Assembly: GCA_020696385.1 (NCBI GenBank)
Contig: JAEHCQ010000003.1
Coordinates: forward strand, 64,001-128,000
Length of the DNA stretch: 64,000 nucleotides
From: Methanobacteriota archaeon
Lineage (GTDB): Archaea > Thermoplasmatota > Thermoplasmata > SG8-5 > JAGLSY01
Direction of reading: 5' to 3'
The translations under genes were made by a program, and so were the position numbers. Within the stretch, counting starts at the first letter, position 1. The number at the start of each line of letters is the position of its first letter. The notes under the pieces are model-generated. The model was not told the origin of the DNA and ran no database searches. It saw nothing but the letters and a program-made list of their open reading frames with translations. This document shows, one piece after another, positions 10,554 through 20,800 of the stretch.

Positions 10554-10835
10554 TCAGCGCTTGTCCGTCACCATGATGATGTGGTAGCCGAACTGAGATT
10601 CCACTGGCTTGGATATCTCTCCGATCTCCATTGAAAAGGCCGCGTCCTCGAAGGCTTTTACCATTCTTCCCTTTCCAAAGAATCCAAGATCTCCGCCACC
10701 CTTGCCGGATGGGCATGTTGAGAACTTCTTTGCCATATTGGCAAAATCCGATCCAGAGGCAAGTTTTCCACTGACCTTCTGCGCTTCCATTTGAGTTTTC
10801 ACAAGTATGTGACTGGCTTTGACTTCTGTTACCAT
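10554..10835 (-). CDS. ppiC: Parvulin-type peptidyl-prolyl isomerase (copy 1)
   Basis: VKASHILV, TCPSGKGGGDLGFF, SQFGYHII motifs. Confidence 0.9.
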   Translation of the reverse strand: MVTEVKASHILVKTQMEAQKVSGKLASGSDFANMAKKFSTCPSGKGGGDLGFFGKGRMVKAFEDAAFSMEIGEISKPVESQFGYHIIMVTDKR

Positions 10836-10843
10836 AGTAATCG

Positions 10844-10963
10844 AACCACAAATGACACATTGAATATATATTGGTTATGAATCACAGAATTATTATTGAA
10901 TATATATTGATTTTGCAGAACCGCAGAATATTCATTGAATATAATTGGTTAGTAACCACAAAT
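10844..10963 (-). promoter_or_regulatory. Degenerate triple tandem repeat (~36-39 bp unit), each unit with a TATA-like core, upstream of the parvulins
   Basis: ATTGAATATA(T)ATTG at ~10859, ~10895 and ~10934, each preceded by an AACCACA/AATCACA/AACCGCA-like motif. Confidence 0.6.
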
Positions 10964-10982
10964 TGATCTTTGAGTATTACCA

Positions 10983-12683
10983 TCAATTTTTCTGCTTTGC
11001 ATTCTTTTTGTTCTGTATTTTAGCCCAAGAATCCCTGAGGCCAACAGTTCTGTTGAATATGATATTCTCATCGGATGAATCCGGATCAACACAGAAGTAT
11101 CCAGTCCTCTCGAACTGCACAGTATCCCCATGCTTGAGATCCTTTACGGCAGGCTCCACCTTGCAGCCTGCCAGTGTCTTGAGTGAGTCGGGATTGATGA
11201 ACTCCTTGTAATCATGCTCTTTTTCACCAAGGGGATGTTCCACCGTGAAAAGCCTGTCGTATAGGCGTATCTCCGTGTCAATGGATTCGGTCGCTGATAC
11301 CCAATGAATGGTGGCCTTGACCTTGCGGCCATCAGGAGCATTGCCGCCACGACTGTCCAGATCCACGGAGCAATGCAATTCAACAACCTCGCCAGCATCA
11401 TTTTTCACGACATCATTGTATGTCAGCAAGTACGCATATCTTAGGCGAACTTCCCGACCAGGTGCGAGCCTGAAGAATTTCTTGACTGGCTCCTCCATGA
11501 AATCCGCGCGCTCGATGAATATTTCTCGAGTAAAAGGAACCTGGCGACTTCCCGCATCCGGATCCTCTGGATTGTTTATGGCATCCAGCATGTCGATCTC
11601 GCCCTCCGGGAAATTGTCGATAACTATCTTGAGCGGGTCAAGAACTCCCATGACTCGCGATGCTTTTTTATTCAGATCATCGCGAACGCAAGCCTCCAGT
11701 AATTCGAAGGCGATGACATTCGCCTTCTTCGCAATACCTGCTCGAGAGCAGAATTCCTTGACGGCCTCGGGGGTGTAGCCGCGCCTCCGCATGCCACATA
11801 TTGTCGGCATGCGCGGATCATCCCAGCCATTGACAAGCTCCTTGGTCACAAGCTCCTTGAGGAAACGCTTGCTCATTATCGTGTAAGAAACATTCATCCT
11901 GGCAAACTCGATCTGCTGTGGATGATAGATACCCAGCTCATCCAGGAACCAGTCGTAAAGTGGTCGATGATTTTCGAATTCTATCGAGCAAAGCGAGTGA
12001 GTGATACCCTCAATGGAATCCTCCAGGCCATGTGCCCAATCATAAATTGGATAGATACACCATTCGTCACCAGTATGCGGGTGGGTGGCATGCAGGATCC
12101 TGTACATTGGCGGGTCGCGCATATTCATGTTCGGATGCGCCATATCGATCTTCGCCCTCAGCGTCTTGGAGCCATCCGGGAATTCACCCTTCTTCATCCT
12201 CTCGAAGAGATCCAGGCTTTCCTCAACTGATCTTTCACGGTTGGGGCTGTTCCTACCGAGGTTATTGTAATCACCTCGGTATTCCTTCATTTCCTCCGCA
12301 TTGAGGTCGCAAACATACGCCTTGCCTTTTTTGATAAGGTCAATAGCATAGTCATACATCTGCTGGAAATAATCAGATGAGAATAATAGGCGATCCTCGA
12401 AATCCGCACCCAGCCATTTCACATCTTCCACGATGGAATCAATGAATTCCTTTTCTTCCGCAATGGGATTCGTGTCATCGAATCTAAGATTGAATTTACC
12501 GCCATATTCGTCCGCGATCCCGTAATTGACCCAGATGGCCTTCGCACTGCCCAAGTGCAGGTATCCATTTGGCTCTGGTGGAAATCGAGTATGCACTCGT
12601 CCATCGTATTTCTTGGTCTTGAGGTCCTCGTCTATGACCTGTCTTATAAAATCGCGTGATTGGCTTTCTTCCATTGGATTCAC
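10983..12683 (-). CDS. glnS: Glutamine--tRNA ligase (bacterial-type GlnRS)
   Basis: N-terminal FIRQVIDEDL, TRFPPEPNGYLHLGS, HSLCSIEFENHRPLYDW, QIEFARMN, MSKR; GlnRS beta-barrel motifs FFRLAPGREVRLRYAY, KVKATIHWVS, QFERTGYFCVD, FNRTVGLRDSW. Confidence 0.93.
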   Translation of the reverse strand: MNPMEESQSRDFIRQVIDEDLKTKKYDGRVHTRFPPEPNGYLHLGSAKAIWVNYGIADEYGGKFNLRFDDTNPIAEEKEFIDSIVEDVKWLGADFEDRLLFSSDYFQQMYDYAIDLIKKGKAYVCDLNAEEMKEYRGDYNNLGRNSPNRERSVEESLDLFERMKKGEFPDGSKTLRAKIDMAHPNMNMRDPPMYRILHATHPHTGDEWCIYPIYDWAHGLEDSIEGITHSLCSIEFENHRPLYDWFLDELGIYHPQQIEFARMNVSYTIMSKRFLKELVTKELVNGWDDPRMPTICGMRRRGYTPEAVKEFCSRAGIAKKANVIAFELLEACVRDDLNKKASRVMGVLDPLKIVIDNFPEGEIDMLDAINNPEDPDAGSRQVPFTREIFIERADFMEEPVKKFFRLAPGREVRLRYAYLLTYNDVVKNDAGEVVELHCSVDLDSRGGNAPDGRKVKATIHWVSATESIDTEIRLYDRLFTVEHPLGEKEHDYKEFINPDSLKTLAGCKVEPAVKDLKHGDTVQFERTGYFCVDPDSSDENIIFNRTVGLRDSWAKIQNKKNAKQKN

Positions 12684-12816
12684 CTTTTATGGCCTAGGCT
12701 AATTGGAATTACCTAATTAATGTTTCTTTGGCAAACCATTCAAAAAGTAGGGTATCCAAAAAACGGGGTGCCAGGCATTATAAAAAATCATAGATTTTAA
12801 CGGTAAAAAAAGAAAG

Positions 12817-12890
12817 AGCCATTGGAGAGATTTGAACTCCCGACCTGCTGATTACAAATCAGCCGCTCAACCGGGCTAAGCTACAATGGC
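12817..12890 (-). tRNA. tRNA-Thr(TGT)
   Basis: Cloverleaf GCCATTG/CAATGGC; anticodon arm GCTGA-TTTGTAA-TCAGC; T-loop TTCAAAT. Confidence 0.95.
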
Positions 12891-13135
12891 GTATGCATTC
12901 TGTACCAATGGCCATTGTAGGTCGAGCTTCAATGGCGCATGGTATTATTACCCCTGGAAGTTAAATTTATATAAATATCTATTGAATGACAAATCATTGC
13001 AAATGAGTTAAATATCAATTCGTTTTTACACGGTTGCTGAAATATGCAAAATGTGCTCAATTGCCTCGAGGTGTGAACACGGAACTTAAGTTCCTTAGTT
13101 GACACCACTCGGCTGTTGGGTATAAAAAACCCAAC

Positions 13136-13207
13136 AGCCTCGTAGTGTAGCGGTTATCATGGGAGACTCTGGATCTCTCGACTCCAGTTCAAATCTGGAC
13201 GAGGCTA
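13136..13207 (+). tRNA. tRNA-Gln(CTG), archaeal type with A1-U72
   Basis: Acceptor AGCCTCG/CGAGGCT; anticodon arm GGAGA-CTCTGGA-TCTCT; T-arm TCCAG-TTCAAAT-CTGGA. Confidence 0.95.
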
Positions 13208-13554
13208 TATATTTTTATTAATGAGTCCAGATTTGAACTTAGCCCGAAAATGAATATCAACATTTTACAGCTTAATGCTAGGGCGTGAGCGTGGATTCGC
13301 AAGGCTAATCCACGTCATATTCAAAGAGGCTACCATATTTTATCACTTCATAAGTTTGATTTATCTTAACACAGTGAAGATCCATATAAAGAAAATGTAA
13401 ACAATAATAACCGCCGAAATTCCTAAAAATAACAAAAAAAGTTGTGCGAAATAATCCTTTATATACTTTTCTATGGTCTATATTTAAAGGTTATTGCCAA
13501 AAAAATAATACCCACCAAAAGGTCTTTATATCTCCCTTCACAATAACCAAAATG

Positions 13555-13616
13555 GGATTGTGGCAAGGTGTTCGTTCCCTTGATATAGAATACCTTGCTT
13601 CGCCTCCTTATTTTTC
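13555..13616 (+). ncRNA. Putative small RNA A
   Basis: TATA-like CTTTATAT at ~13525; stem GCAAGGTGTTC/GAATACCTTGC; ends in a T-tract; no credible ORF. Confidence 0.3.
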
Positions 13617-13682
13617 AAATAATAGATCAATTATGAAATATAATTTTAAATTTTAATCCAGAAACATATGACATACTCTCAG

Positions 13683-13762
13683 GAAAAAAGGTGAAGCGAA
13701 AGGAAAAAGTAAACTTTATGGGGGAAGAGAGTCTAACAAAATGCCCCTCCGCTTCGTCACCA
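13683..13762 (-). ncRNA. Putative small RNA B
   Basis: Minus-strand CCTTATAT at ~13780; 5' GGTGACGAAGCGGAGGGG pairs with 3' CCTTTCGCTTCACC; followed by TTTTTT. Confidence 0.35.
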
Positions 13763-13878
13763 GCATATTGTAATTAGAATATAAGGTTTACGATTTGTAT
13801 GACGGCATTCTACAGGCAGAGCAATATGATATTGTTATAGTGACTAGGTCATGTCTGCCATTATAATAGTCATGTCAA

Positions 13879-14706
13879 TTATTCCAATTTTTTATGGATA
13901 TAGGAATCTCCTTCTTCCCAATATCTCAACCCATCCACAAGCAGTCCATTCTCATCTCTCAGGAATATCACATCACCGTTATTATTCCATATGGATGAGT
14001 CACTTCCCCAATATACCGTGATATTGGAATCCGTACCAGTTCCGCTTGCGAGAGATATTGAAGTGCCTGGCTCAAAAGTAATATCATCAAATCCATACAT
14101 ATGAGTTGCCTCATCCTTCACATTCCAATAGGTCATGTTGATCGGATCATCCCCATTGTTCGTAAATGTTATTGTCTCATAGTTCAGGCCAGCATCCCCC
14201 GAGAGCTGGATCGGCTGGAAATCGGATATCACCACATCATAAGGAGATGGTTCCCATAGGCCTCTCTTGGCCGCGATGGCCTCAGCCTCAGCCTCCTTTA
14301 GTTCGTCCCAGTATTTCGAATTGGGCTCGATGACATAGACATGGGCATAGCCCGACCTCACCATTTCCAGATTGACATGGACATCCCCCGCCCATACATA
14401 GCGCAGGAGTCGGCCGTAACCGTCCTTATCGGCCACATCGCCCTCCAGCCTTATCTCGCCTCCACCAAGGAGCTCTTCAAGCCTTTCTGTGGCCTTATCG
14501 GCGTATGGCACGCCCCTCTCGGGAGTGTTGATCCCCAGAAAACGTATCGAATCTCCATTCGTGGTCCTGATAGTATCTCCATCGACCACGTAATCCACAT
14601 GAGTGAATTCATCATTAGCACTTGGAAGTATATCCGAAGAAATAAGGATGCCAGCAGCTGCCAGGACCAGAATAATTACAGCTACCGCGATCTTGCCAGA
14701 GGACAT
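13879..14706 (-). CDS. Secreted thermonuclease (SNase) fused to a lamin-tail domain
   Basis: Signal anchor; VVDGDTI, IRFLGINTPE, DGYGRLLRYV, RGLW; LTD motif IWNNNGDVIFLRD..G. Confidence 0.9.
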   Translation of the reverse strand: MSSGKIAVAVIILVLAAAGILISSDILPSANDEFTHVDYVVDGDTIRTTNGDSIRFLGINTPERGVPYADKATERLEELLGGGEIRLEGDVADKDGYGRLLRYVWAGDVHVNLEMVRSGYAHVYVIEPNSKYWDELKEAEAEAIAAKRGLWEPSPYDVVISDFQPIQLSGDAGLNYETITFTNNGDDPINMTYWNVKDEATHMYGFDDITFEPGTSISLASGTGTDSNITVYWGSDSSIWNNNGDVIFLRDENGLLVDGLRYWEEGDSYIHKKLE

Positions 14707-14779
14707 GAACCTGCATAGCCAGAAGGATAATTAAACCTATCTTTGGTGTTGGGAGTCCTCGGTTTTATAGATAGGTTGT

Positions 14780-14858
14780 CTGAAAAGGTAAGATTATCTG
14801 AAAGTAGAAAATTACCTGAAAAAGGTAAGATTGCCTGCGGCAGTTAATACCGCAGGCA
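14780..14858 (-). terminator. Hairpin plus three ~18-bp U-tract repeats downstream of the giant surface protein gene
   Basis: TGCCTGCGG/CCGCAGGCA stem at 14832-14858; CTGAAAAGGTAAGATT-like unit x3. Confidence 0.5.
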
Positions 14859-14897
14859 TTGGCTTTGACTTCAGTGTCCTGTCTAGAATATTCCAGA

Positions 14898-17800
14898 TCA
14901 TTCTTCCTCGCTGGTCTTCATGCTATCAGCACAATCATTGCAGACGAAATCACCTTCTCCATCAGAGGATCCAGTCTTTCCAGACACTCCACAGTACGCA
15001 CATTTGTCCTCTTTTGCTGGTTCAGGCTTCTCCTTATCGCTGCCACCCTTTCTCATGCTGATGACGGTGTTGACAAGAAGCAGGATTATGACTATTATCA
15101 GAAGCAGCATGATGATGTTCTGATTTCCCTGCTGCTCACTTGACTCCGCACCCACCTTGTCCATCACGCTGGCCTCTGCCTCATCCAGACTTTGTGCCAA
15201 TGTGAAGAGATCGGCTCGGATCTCATCCAGTTTTGCAAGCTCTGCAAGAGTGTCATCGATATCTGCCAGGGTTGCATTGATATTATCCTGGAAGTCCATG
15301 ATGTCCTGGTTCAGAGCCTGAAGATAAAGTAGAGCTCCAATGTCATGGGATGATAGATTGGCGGATATCCAATTCAGCCTCTGAGTTAATTCGGCCAGTG
15401 TCAATGAATTGAGGTCACGGATAGTGTCATCGAGTAGAACCAGATCAGCAGTCATATTCTCATCATGAGATACCAGAAGCTCTCTCAGTCCGGCCAGTGA
15501 ATTATTGAGGTCACTGTAGAAGCCATCCACCATGTTCTCAAGATCAACTATCCTGCTGTCCAGGTAGGCAGTGTCTGCATCCAGAGCGGCGATCATATCG
15601 ATCAGCGCAGATGCAAGACCGTCCTGCATCGTGATGTTCAGACCATCCAGATCCATACTGAGACCATCCAATAGAAGGGTCAGGTCAGCTGTCTGATTCA
15701 TTATCTGACTGTACAAAGCGAAGTCCACCCTGGCCAGTTCGTCCATGAAGGTCAGATTAAGGCCATCTATGAGACTGGTCAGGTTTCCCTCGACCTGCCA
15801 TAGGTCCGAATACAGGCTGGCAACTGTCATGTTCAGGTAATCGATGTCCGCCTGAAGATCTGACACACTCATATTCAGCCAGGCAAGATCTATCTGCACC
15901 TGAAGTAGAGTGGCATTGACATAATCAACATCGGCCTGCATAAGATCCAAAGTGGTATTGAAGTCTGCCCAGTAAGCAGATATCTGACCATATGTCATCA
16001 TATTCTCCATTGAGAGATTCGTCATACCGGAATCCATTGCGAATCTCATACTCGCTATGCTCGCATCCATCGCAGATATGTTAAGGTCCTGCGATGACAG
16101 CATTCCGCTTATGTATGATTCTGTGGCCGCCATGTCAGTCCAGGTTGTATTGAACCAGGCATTGGTTTGACTTGTCTGGGCCATAATGTCACCCCAGGTC
16201 ATATTGAACCAATCATTGACCTGACTTGTCTGGGATGACGCATCAGCCCAGGTTGTGTTGAACCAATCATTGATCTGGGATGTCTGGGCTGCCATCGTGG
16301 TATTGTAATGTGCCCAGAACACTGTGAATTCCGCCCTCAGATCATTCAGGGATGACTGCATCGCCAGCTGTGTCATATTAGCAAAGTTCAGATCGTTCTG
16401 GATCTGTGTCATCGTGGTATTCCAGGATGTCCAGTATAGGCTCTGCAATGTATGTGTGTCATTATGCTGGCCCCACATTATCTGGAAATAGTTCTGCATC
16501 GCGGCATCCATACTGGTCAGATTGGCATCCAGCTGTCCAAGATTTCCGGACAGATCGCTCAGAAGCAGGGTGATATTCGCCTCGAAGCCACTCATCTGGC
16601 TCCTGATGCTGGCGCCCTCGGCCTGGATGGTCAAGTTCAGACCATCCATCGTGGTGTTCAGATAGTTCTGATATGCCTGGAAATACAGATGCCAGTTATC
16701 CCATGTTAGATTGAAATCATCCCTGTGTGCGAGCAATTGTGCCAGTATGATATTGGCCGTCGCATCCAAAGATGCAAGATCAAGCTGTACTTGCAGAAGT
16801 GTGGCATTGAGGAAATCAATGTCCGCGCCCAGTGCGGCAGATGTCATATTCCAGTCTGCCCAGTAGAGGCCATGTAGTGCTTGTGTATCATTGTGCTCGT
16901 CCCACATAGACTGGAAATAGGCCTGCATGACCGCATCCATGTTGGTCACATTAATATCCAACTGCCCAAGGTCAGCATCCAGATCATTCAAGAGAGCGGT
17001 CATATTGCCCTCGAAATCATTCATCTGGGTGTATACAATAGCTATCTGGTCCTGAAGTGTTATGTTCAATCCGTCAGTCGTTGTATTGAAATATGACCAG
17101 TATGAATCGAACTGCGCGTCCCATGTTGCCCAGGTTGCATTGAAATCAGTCCAATATGCCTGTATCAGCGCATTGTTCGCAGTCACTGTCGCATTGATAT
17201 CAGTAATTGTCTGGATCCAGCCAACGACCTCGAAGCTGGTTATTCCAATGTAATTGAAGCCAGCTATCTGGGCGTTCACTGCAACGAAGTAGGTTCCTGC
17301 CGCGGGTATGCTGTCACTGTATGTGTAGAGCCCGAATGATGCATCCAGTATGTTCATGGATGCATTGTCCACGATCTTTGTCATGGTGTCGTCAAATATG
17401 GTCACGCTCACATTGGTGAAAGCGTCTGGCACCAATGCCTGACCGTTCTGGGTTACGGATGCCATGATATCATATTCAACACCATTGGCATCGTACTGAA
17501 GACCAGTTGTGACATCCACATTTGTTGGTGGTGTTGTGGAAGATAGGGTCACGGTGACTTCCTTTGACATATCGATTGAAGCAACAGTGGAGCCCATCAA
17601 AAGACCATTATTGGCAATAGCCAAATGCGGTGTATTAGCTGTCTGGCTAGCCTGATCCTCGACATACTCTGTCACAATATTCCATCTGGCATATCCATTA
17701 GCATCGGCATTCACATTGTAAAGCGGTGTATTGAAGATATCAGCGATCTCCACCTGTGCTCCTGGTACTGGCTGCATCATGTCATCACGCACGTACACAT

Positions 17801-20800
17801 CCATGAACCACTGTATCTCAAGTGTGGAGAGCGCATCCATATAATTTATGGATGCCTTGTTAAAGGTCGAGTTCAGTGTCGTGATGTGGCTGTCCTGGTC
17901 CAATGCCAACTCAAAGCCATTGCCAGAGAACGTGAAGTTCTCAATGGTGAAGGTACTGTCAACACCAAAAACACCGGTCGGAGAGTTGGTTATGGTATTC
18001 AGAGACATTGGAGTGGTATAATCAGAACCCCTTACACCCAGTCCAAAAGCCGTAAGTGCGTTCATTGTGTTGCCAGTTATGAGATTGTCACCAGAGTCCC
18101 AAGAATAGATACCTATGGGGCTGCTGGTTATAATGTTCGATATTACAGTGTTGCCGAATGTCCCATCAGACAATCTGATACCTTCAGAGATCGCGCCGGT
18201 AATAGTATTGCCAGATACAAGATTTCCAGTGGATGTAAGAGTGACTAAGACCCCTATCATTGAAGAGCTCATCAAATTGTTTGTAACATAGTTCGAATCT
18301 GAATCACTTAAACTGATATCATTCTGGGCATTGCTATTGAATGTTGAACCGTTGATCACATTGTAATTTGACGATTGTAATCTTATGCCTCGCCATAGGC
18401 TTGAGGTGATCGTGGAGCCCTCGATGGTATTGTAATCACAATTAAAGGCAAACACCCCCCCACTGTCACTGTTCGTGATCACAGTATTGATAATGGTGTT
18501 GTAATCGGCATCACGCAGGTACAATCCATATCCCTCATCGCTATTGGATATCGTCGAGTTGATTATGTAGTTGTTATCTGACCTAAGGTACAATCCATGA
18601 GCATTGCCAGTGAATGTCGCATTGTAGAGAAATACGCCGTTTGCGTATACTTCCACACCTTCATTTGACCAATCCCAGCCGGCATCCCTAATGGTACTGT
18701 TCTCCACCCTGAAGCCAGCACCACTCATCACATTGATAAGATATCCAAAGGTCGTGTTGGACATCACAGTGCTTCCTTCGATTAGATTGAAGGTACCTGT
18801 GGAGTTCACCTGGATAAGATACTGGCCATGGAAGGCATTGTTCATTCTCAGCTCGGTCTCGTCAAGTATCAAAGAACCACCGCTCTCGACCCAAATATCA
18901 CCAGTCTGGTTCCAGAAGGATGGATCCACAGTTAGTGTTCCGCCATTCCTTATGACCAGCTGGCCAGTGAGATTGAATGATGAGTCCCTTATCAGGACAT
19001 CGACACCATCGACGGTGACATCCTCGAAGTACGTCATGTCATCAAGATGTAATTCATCGCCATCACTTGCATTGGCGATGGCTCCCTGTAGTGTATCATA
19101 CCACAATCCCTGGTCCCAATTGAGAACATGCTGGTCAGGATGTAACATATTCCATCCGAATGGGTTGGTATGGGGGAAATAATCAGTTGAGTCACCGTCG
19201 ATCACGTATGGAACATCGACAAAGCCATCCCAGTTTATGTCCGGAGATGTCCAGGTGTCGAAATAATTACCACCCTGGGCATACCCTAGATTGTAGGTGT
19301 TGGCTGCGAAAGAATCCAATATATGCACAGTGTTATTGATGAAATTATTGTGGAATATGTAATTCCCATTGAAGCTGCCAGGTGATGTCACATAAATACC
19401 ATTGGTTCCATCCCTGAAGGTATTATTGCTGATCTCATTGCCATTGGCAGTATTTGCTGAGCCACCATTCCATATCCCATTACCATTGCCAGATACCATG
19501 TTCCATCTTATCAGATTGTTATCTGAGTAATCCCAGATCCTGAATCCAATGCCTGAATTCAAAATGGTATTGTTGTTTATATCACAAAGATCCGTATTGA
19601 CTATATTTATTCCATTGGCCGCATTGTCATAAAAGTCATTATATCGGACAATAACGCCATCGGCACCATTGAGCATCAATCCGTCCAAACCATTCCCGTA
19701 TATCATGTTCTGGAAGACCGTGGCTCCATCGGAGAACAGGTAAAGGCCAGTTCCGGTATTGTTGTAGATCGTGTTATTGGCTATATAATGCGGTGATGTG
19801 GAATCCATCTGGATACCCTGACCACCATTGAATCCAACGGTATTACTCTCGATGATAGCATCATCAGGATAAGATCCCTCAAAGTAAATTCCTGCGCCAG
19901 TGTTGTTGTGGACGTAATTATCGATCACCTCTGCCCAATCAGCATACCAGTAGAAGTTGATACCCTCTTCAGAATTGTAAGATATCTCATTTCTATATAT
20001 CTTATTGGAGTCGCCGTGGTAAACGTAGATACCGATCCTATTGTATTGAATAGTATTGTCAAGTATCTTGTTATTATCACAGTCATCATCTTCCAGTGCT
20101 ATGCCATCTACAGTGCTGTTCGTCACGGTGTTATTGTGTATCGTGTTTAATGTAGAGGTTCCGTACATTGATAATCCATTGGCCGCACTGTTATTGATAG
20201 TGTTCCAGGCAATTATATTGGATGATCCTCTGAAGCGCATTCCATAGCTGTTCGAATCCAATATATCATTATCTCTGAAGATATTCGAGTTACCTGTGGA
20301 GATGATACCATATAGATTGGTATTGATGATCGTGTTATTATGAACCTTTGTTGAGTCACTGGCACTGTACATATCGATACCATAGGAGTTCGTATCGCTG
20401 ATCGTATTATGGGAAATGATATTGTTGGACGCTCCGGTGAAGTATATTCCAGTTGCCCCGCCTGTTATGGTATTGTTGTCGACAATACAATTTGTTGGAC
20501 CATCGATCTGTAATATGTTCTGAGCAGTCGAGGAGGCCGAGAGGTCATTCCAGGTCACATTGTTCCACTGGCTAACACTGGTTATCCTGAGCTGACCAAT
20601 ATTGTCAATGATATCGTTTTGTGTAATGGTGTTAGAATCAGAACCATCAGCAACATAAATTCCCAGGTTGCCATTGTCATATACCATATTGTTCTCGATC
20701 AGGTTGAAATTTGAATTCCAGACAACTCTGATTCCAGTCAATATATTTGAGCCCATTGAACTATTGGCTACATAACTGTAGTTTGAATTATAGTATCCAA

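Noticed and set aside
10844-10963. Possible mini CRISPR array (three ~37-bp-period repeats)
   Set aside because: The repeats are degenerate and AT-rich, there are no unique spacers of proper length, and no cas genes are present.
13444-13656. 70-aa ORF in the AT-rich gap
   Set aside because: Atypical composition and no RBS or homology cues. The region is better explained by promoters and structured RNA.
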